This document shows positions 51,866 through 64,000 of a stretch of DNA of 64,000 nucleotides, piece after piece. The stretch lies in NCBI GenBank assembly GCA_013265495.1, contig MU057865.1:1116001-1180000 (forward strand), written 5' to 3'. The translations under genes were made by a program, and so were the position numbers. How positions within the stretch are numbered: the first letter of the stretch is position 1; every line of letters begins with the position of its first letter. This DNA comes from Vicugna vicugna (Eukaryota). The notes below the pieces were generated by a model. The model saw only the letters and a program-made list of their open reading frames with translations, did not search any database and was not told where the DNA came from.

Positions 51866-53704
51866 AACCATTTGTTTCTTCTTTAATGTGCTAAGAGGTT
51901 TAAGATGCTATAAGACAGGCTAATTTGGTTTTGACCTCCTGGAGAAGGGTAAGTGCTTAGCAATATTTACGACCTATGGGCTGTGAGGCATAAATGGGTT
52001 ACAGGTGCTCAGAATTCAATCTTTTTGTGCTCAGAATGACTGGGTAGGACTCAGGCAGGATGGACACCTACAGATGATCACCTCTACTGTGAATTATCCT
52101 GTCTATTTTTGTGTTTTTGTTTGTTTGTTTGTTATCATCATTTTCTGGGAATACCATCCTGTGGAAAAGTTTGGGAACAGAGTGAAGAAAAACTTCACAA
52201 AGAGATTGGTTATTATGCTAAAATCTAAGTGATGACTAAGTGTTAACCAGTGCAGGGTGGGCTCTAAGAAGAGCATGTTTGCTGGTCTGGGAGCCAAGAG
52301 ATTAGGGCTTCTCCAAGGGCAATGGAAAGCCAGCCTGACAGGAAGGCAAAGTAAAAGGCAGCAAGAAATGGAAGGGAGGTGCCAAGAGGTGGAGGCCTGA
52401 GGTTGCAGGGCCAGCTGGGGACCTGGGAGACCTTGACCTCAGGATAAGCATTATAAACAAAGGTAAAGACTCACTGAACTTTCTGTAGCCTCATAATCAC
52501 TGAATACTGGGGACATTATCTAAATCTCAATACGAGCTCAGCTGTAAAGTAACTTTGTGAATTTTGGTCAACCAGGCAACAACTTTGTTTCTCAGTTTCC
52601 TCTTCTCTAAAATTAGAAAATGTAAATATATTTTCTCTCAATTGTTTCTAGCTCTACAATTCTGATTATTACATTTATTGGCAGAGATTCAAAAGTGTCA
52701 GAGGATTCATCTGAGAGATAATCCAAGAATAAATTACAAAATTTACTTTTTGCGTGTCTTTTGTTTTTGTCTTCTAAGTGCATACTGGCAAGTAATAATT
52801 GTGCCATTTGACTCAATAACCAGCAGTAAAGTGGGCTCTTGCTGTAGCCATAAAATCTAATTACTAATGAGAACAGGCAAATATCTAAATTTCAGTGGGG
52901 GCTTTATCCCTAGAGGAATCCACACAATTACTCAAACTTCTTAAAAATCTAGAAATAGAGAATTTCAAATATTGAGTATCTCCTTTCAAACATTTAAAAC
53001 AAACAAACACAGAAAAAGCCTCAAAGCCATTGCAGAATTGTAGGCAGACAAAGGAGCTAAGACCACTTAAGACTGTGGAAGGAAAATTCCACCCTGGCTT
53101 CCATGAACACCAGCCAGTCCTTTGAGTTCTGTACGTGTGGAACTGAGCTAAGTTCAAATCAGCGAGGATTCAGGTCTGATCGCCAACTGGATACGTATGA
53201 AGATGAAGAAACTCTAATATACAGGATTATAGAAAATCCTTGACTAGAATAAACCATTGAGAATTTAAAAGAAACAAAAAACAAAACAAAACAAAAAAAC
53301 AGATGTTGAGAAGACAAAATGCATTGGTAAAGCTTTATGTAAATCATGTAGTCATTCTGAAAAGAGAATGTTCCAATGACTGTGTAGCTTATGTATAAAG
53401 TTCCTCTCCACATCCTTGATGGTAATGAAACTTTATTTTCATGTTACAGAAGGAACAAAAAGTCATGTCAGCATTCTTATTAGGAAAAAAAAAAGCTTAT
53501 TTTCCCTTTTACTCCAAGCTACAAACAGCTATATTTAACTGGAAAACCTACCTAGATAGATCATTGTAGAAACCATTAATTTATTTAATCTTTCACTTAT
53601 CAAAGAAAATATGTATTTATCATGTACCATGTCCAGTGCTTGATGCTAACACACAAAATAGACTATATTTATGCCCTCGTGAAGTTTATAATCTGAATAC
53701 TTTG

Positions 53705-53839
53705 TTATGGTAGCTCACAGAGAAAAAAATGTGACAATGAATGTGTACATGTTCATGTATAACTGAAAAATTGTGCTCTACACTGGAATTTGACACAACA
53801 TTGTAAACTGATTATAAATCAATAAAAAATGTAAAAAAA
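53705..53839 (+). mobile_element. Very short young L1 3' end (camelid-type)
   Basis: A-tail, TSD AATACTTTG at 53696-53704 / 53840-53848; homologous to 32382-32618. Confidence 0.85.
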
Positions 53840-55259
53840 AATACTTTGCATGGAAGCTAGGGTGTATATGAGCATATAAAAGGGACCCCTTTTCTGCTCT
53901 CAGAAGCCAGGAAAATCTCTGAAAAGCAATGTTTTAGGGGCATGCTGAAGTAAAAGTCTGAACAGTGCCTGAGAACTTAGGAAAAGTTTTAACTTTCTGG
54001 CAACTGAGGAGAGAATCAGTCTTGAAATTTCATCTTCATTTTGCGAGCACCGTCCATGGTACAAGCTTTACCAAGCTTTTGACAGGGAGAACGTTACCCA
54101 CAGCACTTTTTAAAAATCTCCTGGGTATCGCCGCATATATTTCAGCCTTAGCACCATTCGGGGATTGGACATGAATATTCTTTAAACCTTTGATCATTTC
54201 AAGAGGGAAGGACAGGATAGGAGGAGACTTTCATGCTGGAAATTCTTATGTCATTGTCCAATGTAATACATAACGCACCTGTCATCTTCACAGGAAAAAG
54301 GCCAGTTGCTTTTTAAAAATTCAGCCCTAAGGGTCTCTCCTGTGATATGTGACCTAGAAGACAGATAACTAGGGGGTTCTTTGAGTGAAGGAAGCCTGGG
54401 TTTTATTGCTTTCCGATGTAACCACCTCCAGAGCTATGGAAGTATTTCTCTATAATTAGAGAGATTAAACCAGGAATGTACTTTTCTCCTAACAAAAGGA
54501 GAAGACGGTGGGACTCGGGGGAGTTCTGGATATCTGTAACCTTGCCCAGAAGGCAGGATTTGCTTCTTTAAAATGATGCATCCATATGTCTGGATGTGGC
54601 TGTCTATATTCGCCTTGTTTTATTTATACTTATGAATAACTGTCCAGTGTCCAAGAAATAGTGGGCACATTTATCCATCTGTCCTCACTGATGGGGCTAG
54701 GCTTATAATAAAAGCTTTAGATTGCTTATTAGAACAATTGTGATCGAAGTATCGGTTTATATAAACCAGGTTACCAAAAAAAAAAAAAAAACTACTTATT
54801 TTTGTGGGATTTGAGGGGTTTACAGAAGGATTTCTACCTGAGAAATCTATTTTCCTTTGATACTTGTTTTTCGATCATTTAAGAAAGAAGCAATGCACAG
54901 ATTTAAGATACGTAGGGGTTAGAGGTGAGAATGAGATGTAAAGGTTTGGTAGGGAGTAGCTGTGTCAAAAGGTTAGCAATGTACTTACCAGGGCACAGAG
55001 ACCCTTTTATGGTTTTGAACACAAGATTGACATATTCCAGCCCTCATTTTCATAAAGTAAGGGCAATAAGGTGTGAGGTTCTGATCACGCTTCCATACGG
55101 TTAGTGTATGAACGAGATTCTTAAGCTGACTGGAAGCTCAGACAGCCCAGATGACCTGGAGGAAATGCAAATGGCAACAAATATGGCGGCAATGGCCACC
55201 ATCTTGCTGCATTAGACCTATTTAACGCCTCCTGATCGTGTGCAAACCAGTTGACACCT

Positions 55260-55812
55260 CATTTCACCAACAAATCCAACTTGCATGCGGTTCAAGACCT
55301 CTCACCAGGCATCCTCACTCTGTCCCTTTAACTTCAGCTACTGCCCTTGCCCCTACTCTACCTGAAAGTCCAGGTCTGATGAAATCTTTGCTGTTGTTCT
55401 AACTCCCTTGTAGTTTCAACCTTGCATGCCCTTCACTCAGAATGAATGAATGAAGGATCGTTTGTTATCAAATTCCAGCTTAGCTTTTGGGCTCAGTTCA
55501 AACACTGCTTCTGCTTCAAAGAACACGTCGCTCTCTCAGTTAGGCTTCGCACCTCTGCTTCCCCAAGACCATGTGCTCAATTTTAGCACTTCATCCTTTT
55601 AACAAATATTTGTTGAACAACTCTTCCTATGACCCAGGATACCGCCATGAGCATGTAATTCTCCATTGAATTCTTTGGTTTTGTTTTGTGTGTTACTTCC
55701 CCACTAGACCACGGATATCTTGATGATGGACCCTATTCTAATCATCTGCATGTTCCTGTTATTTACCAAATTTCTCAGTAGTTACCTGATTTATGAATGG
55801 ATTTTGAATAAG
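55260..55812 (+). mobile_element. L2 fragments
   Basis: C/T-rich, 'cttccccactagacc...atttatgaatggattttgaat' resembles the L2 3' end. Confidence 0.5.
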
Positions 55813-56194
55813 TGTATTTTTATGATCACGCCTGATTCTGATCACGTTGATATCATCTGCATCCCTTGTTATCAGATGGCTGTGCTTTTATGGACCTTAT
55901 GTTGCAGAGGGGCTGTAAAGTCATTCATTCGCTTATCAAATAAGTTTTGAGCCCATAATCCAGACCCTTCCATTACTCTGTCCTCTCTTCATAAAACCTT
56001 GCTTTTTCCTTGTCCTCTAGGCCGTCTCCTGGGAGGTCAGCCACTGTGAACCATTCATTTGCTCCAAGAAAGTGAAGTAGAGATAGGGGATTAAAGAAGG
56101 CTTCTTGAAGATTACACATATTCAGTGCACCATGGAGACCACAAGGAGGGGTGAGTCATATCCTAGGACATTCGTGTTTCAGGCTGGATTAGCT

Positions 56195-56450
56195 GGGGAT
56201 GGCAGAACTGGAGGATGTTTGATTTAAAGGGAGTTTGCAGGTGACTTAACCTCACATTCTACCACAGGCTTCTACTTCATCACTGATAAGGCTTCCAGGC
56301 CGTATTGGAACGGTTCCAAGGAGAGAGCCCACACTGTGTCTTAAGACATTTTATTCTAGTTTAGAAACATGTTTAATGTTTTGTTGTTGTTGTTGTTTTT
56401 AATACTGATCCCAAGTCTACCTGCTTATCACTTCCTGGTGCTGAAAAAGT
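56195..56450 (+). mobile_element. Possible L3/CR1 fragment
   Basis: 'tccaggccgtattggaacggttccaaggagagagcccacac...ttttattctag...tactgatcccaagtctacc' resembles CR1/L3 3' sequence. Confidence 0.4.
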
Positions 56451-56873
56451 CATCAGGATAAATAATCATTAACATGTTAATATTAACGTGTTAACAAGTT
56501 GCAAAATCTTGGAGGAAAATCCTAACTCTCGTTTTAGAAGAAGGTGGTTGAGGGGAACTTGAAGGTCAGCGTGCCAGGGTCCAGGCTGAGCTCCTACCCG
56601 ATTTTCACTTCTGTGACCCAAGGAGGGGCCGGGGGCATAGTCCTTAAAGCCATCAAGGACTCTCTTTGCCAGTTTCTGCTCGGCTGTCTCACTGGAAGCT
56701 CTCGCTCGCCCCCTCTGGGTAATTAACGTGCCTGTTGGATCTTGGCCATTGACACGTTTTACTTCCCTAGTTTGTGTCATGTAATCAACACTTACAGAGG
56801 ACCTGCTGTGACAGAACTCTGTCCTAGGCTCAGCGGAAACATTACCAACAGTGGCCATGGCAGTCACCACTGC

Positions 56874-56907
56874 TTTTTTGTTTTTGTTTTTGTTTTTGTT
56901 TTTGTTT
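56874..56907. repeat. (TTTTTG)n microsatellite
   Basis: Direct reading. Confidence 0.95.
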
Positions 56908-57849
56908 ACCCCAGGGGCTCGCATTAAACAGAAAGGAAAGAAGAACATGAGCGCAGCATTCAGTTTCTCATTCTCGGTCTTCTTTCTAAGAACTCTGGGG
57001 AGCATCCTCCTGAGGTCAGTCAACAAAATATCTCTTCTGGGAATCTCTGGAGCGTAGGTTACCAATGTTTCAATTCAACATTCTTCAAAATACAATTATA
57101 TTTTTATTTGCACATGTGACTGAATGGGCAGCTCTGTAGAGAAAAAGCTGAGTGTCTCACCGTGAGACCTCAGACCCTGAATTTGTCACTTAGTGGGGAT
57201 CATATCTGCCCCTATCAGAGCTCTTAAGCCAAGGGCGATAGATGCATATTAGATTGACATTTGGGCTTCCAAATGACATGCAAATTGATGTGAATGCTAA
57301 GTTTTTGAGAGTGACGATGTTCATGACTTTCATCAGAAAATAAACTCTAGGAAACAGACGCTGCACAGAACCATGACAGACAGCTCTTTCTCTGTTTTCA
57401 AAGATGATTTATTCAAGTAACTAGTCCTGTCCTTATTGTGGCTTTATCTTTTTGCTCTGTACCTAAATGCAGAACAACAAAACACAAAACAAAATGAAAA
57501 CATAACCACCACAACAACAATCGCAAGCTTTCTGTGGAGATCTCTATTTACAACAATGTAAGAATGCTGGAAAAAATGCAAAAACAAAAAACAAAACAGA
57601 GTTATTCAGATTTCTAAGACACGGATAACTATTGAGGTTAAATTCAGGGCCACTTATATCTGTAGCATTAATCAGATGGTGTCCTGTCATTATTATTAAC
57701 CAGATGAAGATAAACATAGATCTTTAAATGGAATAAAAAGTTTGAAAGAAACAAATATGGAGTTGTGGTTAAAGACAGTGACCAAACAGGTCAATGATCA
57801 AAGCTTTGCTTGATAGAATTTTTTTTTTTCTTCTGTGTTTCATTATTTC

Positions 57850-58700
57850 TGGGGCCTGTCAGTTGCTCTGGGGAGAGAAACTGGGCTGTTACGAGTTTTC
57901 CCGAGGAGGGGAAAGGAAAAAAAAAAAAAAGGCAGTTAAAAGGCTTTTGAGTTCAACAAATGCGTCCTGAGAGCCAAATGGAACAGGGGTGAAATCTTAG
58001 CTAAAACCCGTGGGGAATAATTTGTTTTTCGCAGCATCTGTAAAGAACAAATGGAAGGAAAAGGGTTTTTAAAAGGTAGGTTTGAAGGCAGGAGGGGGAG
58101 GGAGGCAGCGACGGACGCTTCGCCGAGTCTGGGGATTTGGGAAGGAGATTTAATAAACTGAATAGCAGGTCACTGCTAAGGAAGTGAAAACGCGAGTGAG
58201 GGATGTGGGTGAGAACGTGGAGTGGGATCTCGGGCTCCGGGCCTAAAAGCAAAGCAGATTAAGTCGTTTGTTGTTCCTCCGGCTGCTCCTACTGCTAATA
58301 ATGTGTTTCCCCTCAAGAACTGAGTATTTTGAAAACCTGTATTGAGACCAGTGTTTGCACTTAAATCCGTGGACCGGCCTGTTGTTGGAGCCACACAGGG
58401 AGGAGCTGGGCTGTGGTAGCCGGGATGGGTGGGGACCACCTCCACCACCATCACCTCCACCACCTCCACCACTGCCATCACTGTGGCCACCACCACTGCC
58501 ATCACCCCCATCCCAACCTTGCCTTTTCTTCCCTACATCCCACCCGCTTCCCTTCCACAGGCTGTCGCCTAGAAAAAGCAAGAAGTGGCCACGGTATGGT
58601 CCCCCTGCCCCCAAGGCCACATCTCAAGGGTGCAGTCAAGGTCATGGGTCCCCCAGGCTGCTCGGAGGTTGGTGCCTGGCTCCTTAGGCCAGCTCTACGG
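57850..58700. promoter_or_regulatory. Candidate regulatory (promoter- or enhancer-like) GC/CpG-enriched block
   Basis: Unique sequence, G-rich 'ggagggggagggaggcagcgacggacgcttcgccgag', ETS-like 'aggaagtg', raised CpG. Confidence 0.4.
58435..58512. repeat. Imperfect (CCA)n trinucleotide repeat
   Basis: accacctccaccaccatcacctccaccacctccaccactgccatc... Confidence 0.9.
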
Positions 58701-58999
58701 GAGAATCATTTTGTCCCAATCTGCTCACTTAACTTTCTGGTGTATGGGGTAATGGCGGTAGAGAATGAGAGAAACGAGTTCAGACTCAGTCCACTTTGGG
58801 TCCTTGTGTCCCAGGTTGGTCTCTTCCTAACTCCAGAGCATTTGGTCATCCCTCTCCTTCAGGGGCATCTTTTGCTTACTGCTAAGGGACTCCCCAGAAT
58901 GCTAGACCTCAGTAGAAACTAGCCTGGTGCTAACCTTCCTATGAATATTTGAATATTATAGGAGATGGAACCCAGTGACAGTGATCATTTATTGGGAAG

Positions 59000-59195
59000 A
59001 TAACATAGCATGGCGTTCACTGCCTACATGGACTCTGGGGTGGGAGGGCCTGGGTTTGAATGCATATCCCCCTCTTGCTGGCTGTGAGATTTCAGGCAAA
59101 CCACTCAACTTTCCAGACCTCAGTTCCCTTATCTGTAAAATGGGTTGTTGCAGGGAATTAGCTAATATATACTAAGTGTTTAGATCATTCAGTGT
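59000..59195 (+). mobile_element. MIR SINE
   Basis: 'ctgggtttgaat...gctgtgagatttcaggcaa...cctcagttcccttatctgtaaaatggg'. Confidence 0.8.
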
Positions 59196-59559
59196 TAAGA
59201 GCCAGAATCTTAAGTCACACTGCATGGGTGTTACTGTTGTTTATCCAGCATTGTTATCATCATTGCGTCCCAGGTACTCTGGTAAGTTTGCATACATTGC
59301 TTATTTTGTCTGAAAAATGTCATGTGCTATGTAATTCACTTATCATCCAGTTTACACATTAATAAGAGGCAGTGGCACTATTTGAATTTGAATCTGTCTG
59401 TTTTCAAACCCTGTGCTGTCTTCCTTATGCAAATATTTCAATTACAAAGAAGTTAAGTTGCAATATTCAAATTTCTATCAGGATGACAGATGACAGAAGA
59501 GATCTTAGATGGCTGATAAGATTTTAGATAACTGATAATACCTTTTACTTTTTATTTAT

Positions 59560-59785
59560 TTCTTTTAATTATTTACTCTGGTGCCAAGCACTACACAAAA
59601 CCATCAATACTTCATTTTATTTTAACAAGAGCCCTACAAGGCATCTTTGATTATTATTCCCAATTGACAGGTAAAGTGTCTAAGGCTTACTGAGTTTTTT
59701 GAAACCTAAAGAGTTACAGAACCAGGAAATAATAAAGGTGGAATTTACTATGCTATTGAGAGCCCAGATTCTTACCATTGTGCCT
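59560..59785 (-). mobile_element. MIR SINE
   Basis: 'gtgccaagcact...attattccccaattgacaggtaaagtgtctaaggct'. Confidence 0.6.
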
Positions 59786-60439
59786 CCGGTAGAAAATGGC
59801 TAACTCTAGATGTTCGAAAGACAATGACTGAACAGGATGAAATGTTGAATGGTAGCTGGGATTACTGATGACTAAAGAAACCCAGAAATTCTTGGGTAAT
59901 GACATTCAGTAAGACAATCTGATGAAATTTCTGTGCTGAATAAAAAGGTTGTCATTAGGACTTCAGATCCATGCCTTTTTCCTAATCTTCTGGAGCACAT
60001 TGTCGCCTTTACAGTCATTGTCTTCTCAACAATAGCCTAATGGGCATTGCTTTTTCTGTATTTTCAAATAGCCTCATGTACAATATCTGATTTCTCTTTC
60101 ACTGCGTACCTTTGAGACACTTAGCGTGGTTCCCATTTGGGACATCAGGGAACTGAGACACAGAAAGAGGAAAGGACTTTTTGTCAACGCTAATGAAGAT
60201 ATGGCCCAAGTCTCGTGATGACTCACTCTGTTCTCTTAATATTTTGTCGGGTCCACTTCCAAGAAATATACCAACAAAATAGAAAAGGAAGAAAAAAAGG
60301 CCATTTCTCTTTGTTACTCTTCCACCAATAACTCCCAACTAGTGGCTAGAATTTACAATGCGTTGTTCTGGGTGTGAAAGGCAAACTGAGTGGCTGAATA
60401 ATAAAGTAATAAAAATCTCTTTTAATTCTTCTCACTTTT

Positions 60440-60770
60440 AATTTTAATGCCTTCATTTAACAAATATGTTTTGGGCAGTGACTCTGTACTAGCCAGAGTT
60501 TAGTTGCAGAGGTGAATAGATATGACGGTCGTGGCCTCTGATCTCAAAGATTTGAGAGCCCACGAATAAAACAGATACAGGTACAAATCACAATGACACA
60601 GTGTTTTAATAGAGGTCTCAAGCAGGGCTATGAAACTGCTAGGGATGAACAGTCTTAGGAATCTAGGGAGCCTTGAGAGAGGAAGAGGACTTAGAGAATA
60701 CGTGTAATTCACCAGACAGAAAAGGGATGTAAAGAAAGGCGGGTGTCATTTACAGTGTGTGCAAAGAAAG
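60440..60770 (-). mobile_element. L2 fragment
   Basis: 'ttcatttaacaaatatgttttgggcagtgactctgtactag...ggtgaatagat...gcctctgatctcaaag'. Confidence 0.65.
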
Positions 60771-63700
60771 GCCCAAATGCATGCCCATCACCCAGGTCCT
60801 CCCTCCTGATTTAGAGAGACTTCAGGGATGTTACTGTTAGGGCCAGAGTCAATCCTATTTGGTTACTCCATTTGATAAAATGGCCCTGGGAAGGGGACAC
60901 ACCTGCACATCAAGACAATATCCAGTTTTATGGTCCTGAATTGCCATGAATTGACTGTGTGAACGTTAGGGGAGTCAGTTTACATATTAGGACCTCTGCT
61001 TCTTCATCTGTAAAGCAAGAGAGTGGGTATCAGTTCTGTAAAATCTTTCACCATCGGTGCCAAATCCTCCAAATAATGACGGAAGCAGTTTTTACCTCCC
61101 CAGATTCTGTAGGTGAGCCCATGATCGTTGGGCCCAGGTGTTTTTGTAGTTGTGATAAGTTGAACAAGGACTGAATGCTCAGCGGCCTTCAGATTGTGTC
61201 CTGCCACCTGTGTGGTGGTAGGTTACCCTTCTGATCGCGGTGGAAGAAACCACCACCCAACTGACCTGCTTCTACTGCCTTAGGTATTTCAGACACCTTT
61301 ACAAATTTTGTGAAACTTTAGTAGGTCAATAATTTTTCCAGAATAGAGAGGACCTATATATATTTCGTATAATAAAGTTATACATCTTGATGTATCTTGG
61401 TGTCCTGTGGAACGGTGAATTGCCCTAGGGTGAGAAGGATCAGATTATGACCCAGAACTAATTTAAGATTTGCAAAATCCCTGACGTAAGACAGCAACCC
61501 CTGCCTAATGAAGGGGGCGAAGGGCCTCTGGTGGTCGGGGCAAATGAGAAACCAAGAAAAGGTGTTCTAAAAAGGACTGATAGTTTAAAATGAAATTACA
61601 TTGACCGATTCCAAAAAGGAGACCACATCTAGGCGTTGCTGGGGTAGCGAGCTGATTAAGTTTGGTAATCTGCTGGCGTTCTCCAGGTTCTGTTTGTTTT
61701 CGCCCTAGCCAAAGTGGAAAATAAATGGGGCACTTGATTCATTTTTTTTTTGACAGTTATTTATTGAGCATTTAGTTCCTACCAGTCATGTCTTTTCCTA
61801 TGACAGCATGCTTGTCACTTGAGGTTGTCATGGAATTAAAAGCCGAGCCTCTGGGTGAATGCTGGGAATGTGAATTACTGCAGGATAATACCTGATAGCA
61901 GGAAGCCAAGAAGAAATAAGAAGTTTACCTTGAACCAAATGCGCTGACTTATCTCACTGACTCTTTCTTCCCTGTCCCCTCCATACCACCGTTACTGTCA
62001 CTGCCACTGTTGCCCGTCTTGGCAAGAACATGCCGAGAGGACAAATATAACTAAACAAATGTGCGTTACTCTCTGAGGCTTTAGCTCTCCTTGTTTACTC
62101 GACAGGCACCCCCTTTTTGTTTAGAATAGGGGGGTCTAGACTTCAAAACCCAGCTCTAAGCAAGCTGAAGAGTCTGCACTTTATAATGTCAACAAAACCT
62201 AGACCTACGTTTGAAATTGACAAGTGCAATTGAAGAAAGGTTCATGCAGTCTGTAGTCATGGGAGAAAAAAATCCAGGGGGATAAAAAAGAGAGAGAGAG
62301 ACAAAGGGAATTTGCTGCTGTGGCTGTTAATACAGCCTTGGTCACCCAGCAGGCTTTTTAGAGGGAAGTGTTAATAGTTCCCAATGAGAAGATAAGATCG
62401 ATATTCAGGGGACATGACTCTTGAGCGGGACCTTGAAGAATGAATGAGAGCTGAGAAGCAGAGAGAAGAGAATCGAAAACTCTAAGCAGGTAGCACATCA
62501 AGTGAAAGGCACGGAGTGGCTACAACTCTGGGGTAGTTACAGGACATAGGAGAGGGTCTGGTTTCTTCCCACTATCTTTCTCTTCTTCTTACTGAGGTCC
62601 TGTCTCCATCACTCGTTACTCCAGTTTTGATTCAGTGAAGGATTCAATGAAGGAAAAAATTATAGTAAAGGATAGTGTGGCTCCCAATCCCGAATAAGCC
62701 TCATCACTTTAAACTCTAAGACTACATACGTAGACTTTTATATAACTTTCAAGCTGCGTGTCACTTTTTTCTTTCACGTATCTGATCAAAATTAACTTTC
62801 CTCATAAACTTTCCCAAATGAGCTTAAACATTTCCATCTGCATTTAAATTTCTTAAGCTTCTTTCCAAGTTTATTTTTGTGCCTCTCAGTTTGACTTCAG
62901 CTTTCAATGAACTAAAATAGAATTGTTTATATTCTTCGCATATCAACTCTTGTCAATTTTCCTCTGTCAATGGTGCTGGGTTTTTCCAGGTTGCCTCTGC
63001 CCCAAACTTGGGTTTGAGGCTTCCTGTGTGTCTCTTTAAACACCCACAGAAAATAAATAATACGCAATCTTCTCATCATACTTTGGTAGCATATACTATC
63101 TCTTCCTCCCGTTTTTTTATTCCCATGGCTAACCACTCAACACAAGCTCATCATAATAGGTTTACTGATCTGCATTCAGAATGTGATGTTTAAGTGATCA
63201 AATGTTTAAGTGATCAAATCTTATACATAACCCAACTCAAACAGAATAACCCTGTATTATTCTATTAGTACCAGTGGAGATAAATCAGAGAAGGTAAAAG
63301 CTGACTACCTCTCTCTGGGAGCTAATACCCACTTCACAGGTTATATCAACTGGCTTCTGAAAGTTCCTGCACTTCCAACATCTCTTCCATGTTGGACGGT
63401 GTGCCCTCTAATGCCGGGTGGGTTTGTCCCCAGTCCCACTCTAGAGCATTCTAATAGCCCGCTATAAAATGAAAATCAAAAAGAAAAAAACAAACAAAAC
63501 AATAAACCAAGCACGCCACCACCTTCCTCCACCCCAACACACACATACACAACAAAACCATGGAAGCCGCTGTTCCAGAAAATTCCACAGGGTTGTATCA
63601 GCAGGACCTCACCCCTCAGAGAAGGCTCTCCAGAGTCAGGGAGGGGTGACAGGGAGACACCTGCTTCTTGTATATGTGAGTGGGTTTTTGTTTTCTACTC

Positions 63701-64000
63701 TTATTTCCTCCCTATTTATTATTGTCCATGTTTACCTTGAGAGTCGCCCTAGTTCTGTTTATTTTGTCTGGGTTTGTGCTATTTGTCTGTTTAAACTGAA
63801 TTTCACCCTCGTTCTGTATTTTCTTCCCGAAAGAATCCGATTCCATTGTGAGGCCTTGGTAGACCCGTCTGCCTAACGTAACTGAATCCTGGTTGACTGA
63901 AGACCCCACTGGGATTGAGGATCAGTGCTTGTAACATCAATTCACATCTCTGCAGAAACAGGAAGTGTCTGAGATTGGGCCAGCTGTGCGCTCAGACCAG

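Noticed and set aside
56469..57065. Longest ORF (198 aa, minus strand)
   Set aside because: Runs through a (CAAAAA)n microsatellite (NKNKNK), non-ATG start, no recognisable domain; consistent with chance
58176..58922. Poly-His / poly-Pro / poly-Gly ORFs resembling transcription-factor low-complexity tracts
   Set aside because: All frames are translations of one (CCA)n repeat; flanking residues show no homology and no clear splice structure
1..64000. CRISPR arrays, tRNA/rRNA genes, processed pseudogenes or a novel multi-gene system
   Set aside because: None seen; the sequence is mammalian non-coding, repeat-rich DNA and I recognised no such structures by eye

Overview
Mammalian, AT-rich, CpG-depleted genomic DNA with no recognisable protein-coding gene. 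The youngest LINE-1 3' ends resemble those I associate with camelids (inference, not verified). Roughly 8-27 kb and 30-44 kb are dense nests of transposable elements: old L1M-type LINEs interrupted by solo ERV1/ERVL/MaLR LTRs (several with TG...CA termini and visible target-site duplications), hAT MITEs (MER63, MER58, MER20/MER5-like), a degraded ERV1 LTR-PBS-internal remnant and a twin-primed L1. The 1-8, 27.5-30 and 44-64 kb stretches are repeat-poorer (MIR/L2/L3 relics) and contain candidate regulatory DNA, notably a CpG-enriched, motif-dense block at about 49-50.7 kb and another at about 57.2-58.7 kb. There is also one candidate spliced exon at about 2.35 kb. The ORF track is essentially noise or decayed L1/LTR sequence. 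I found no evidence for a novel biological system. The best observations are TE-nesting structures and candidate cis-regulatory elements. Repeat family names come from recalled consensus similarity, not a database search.
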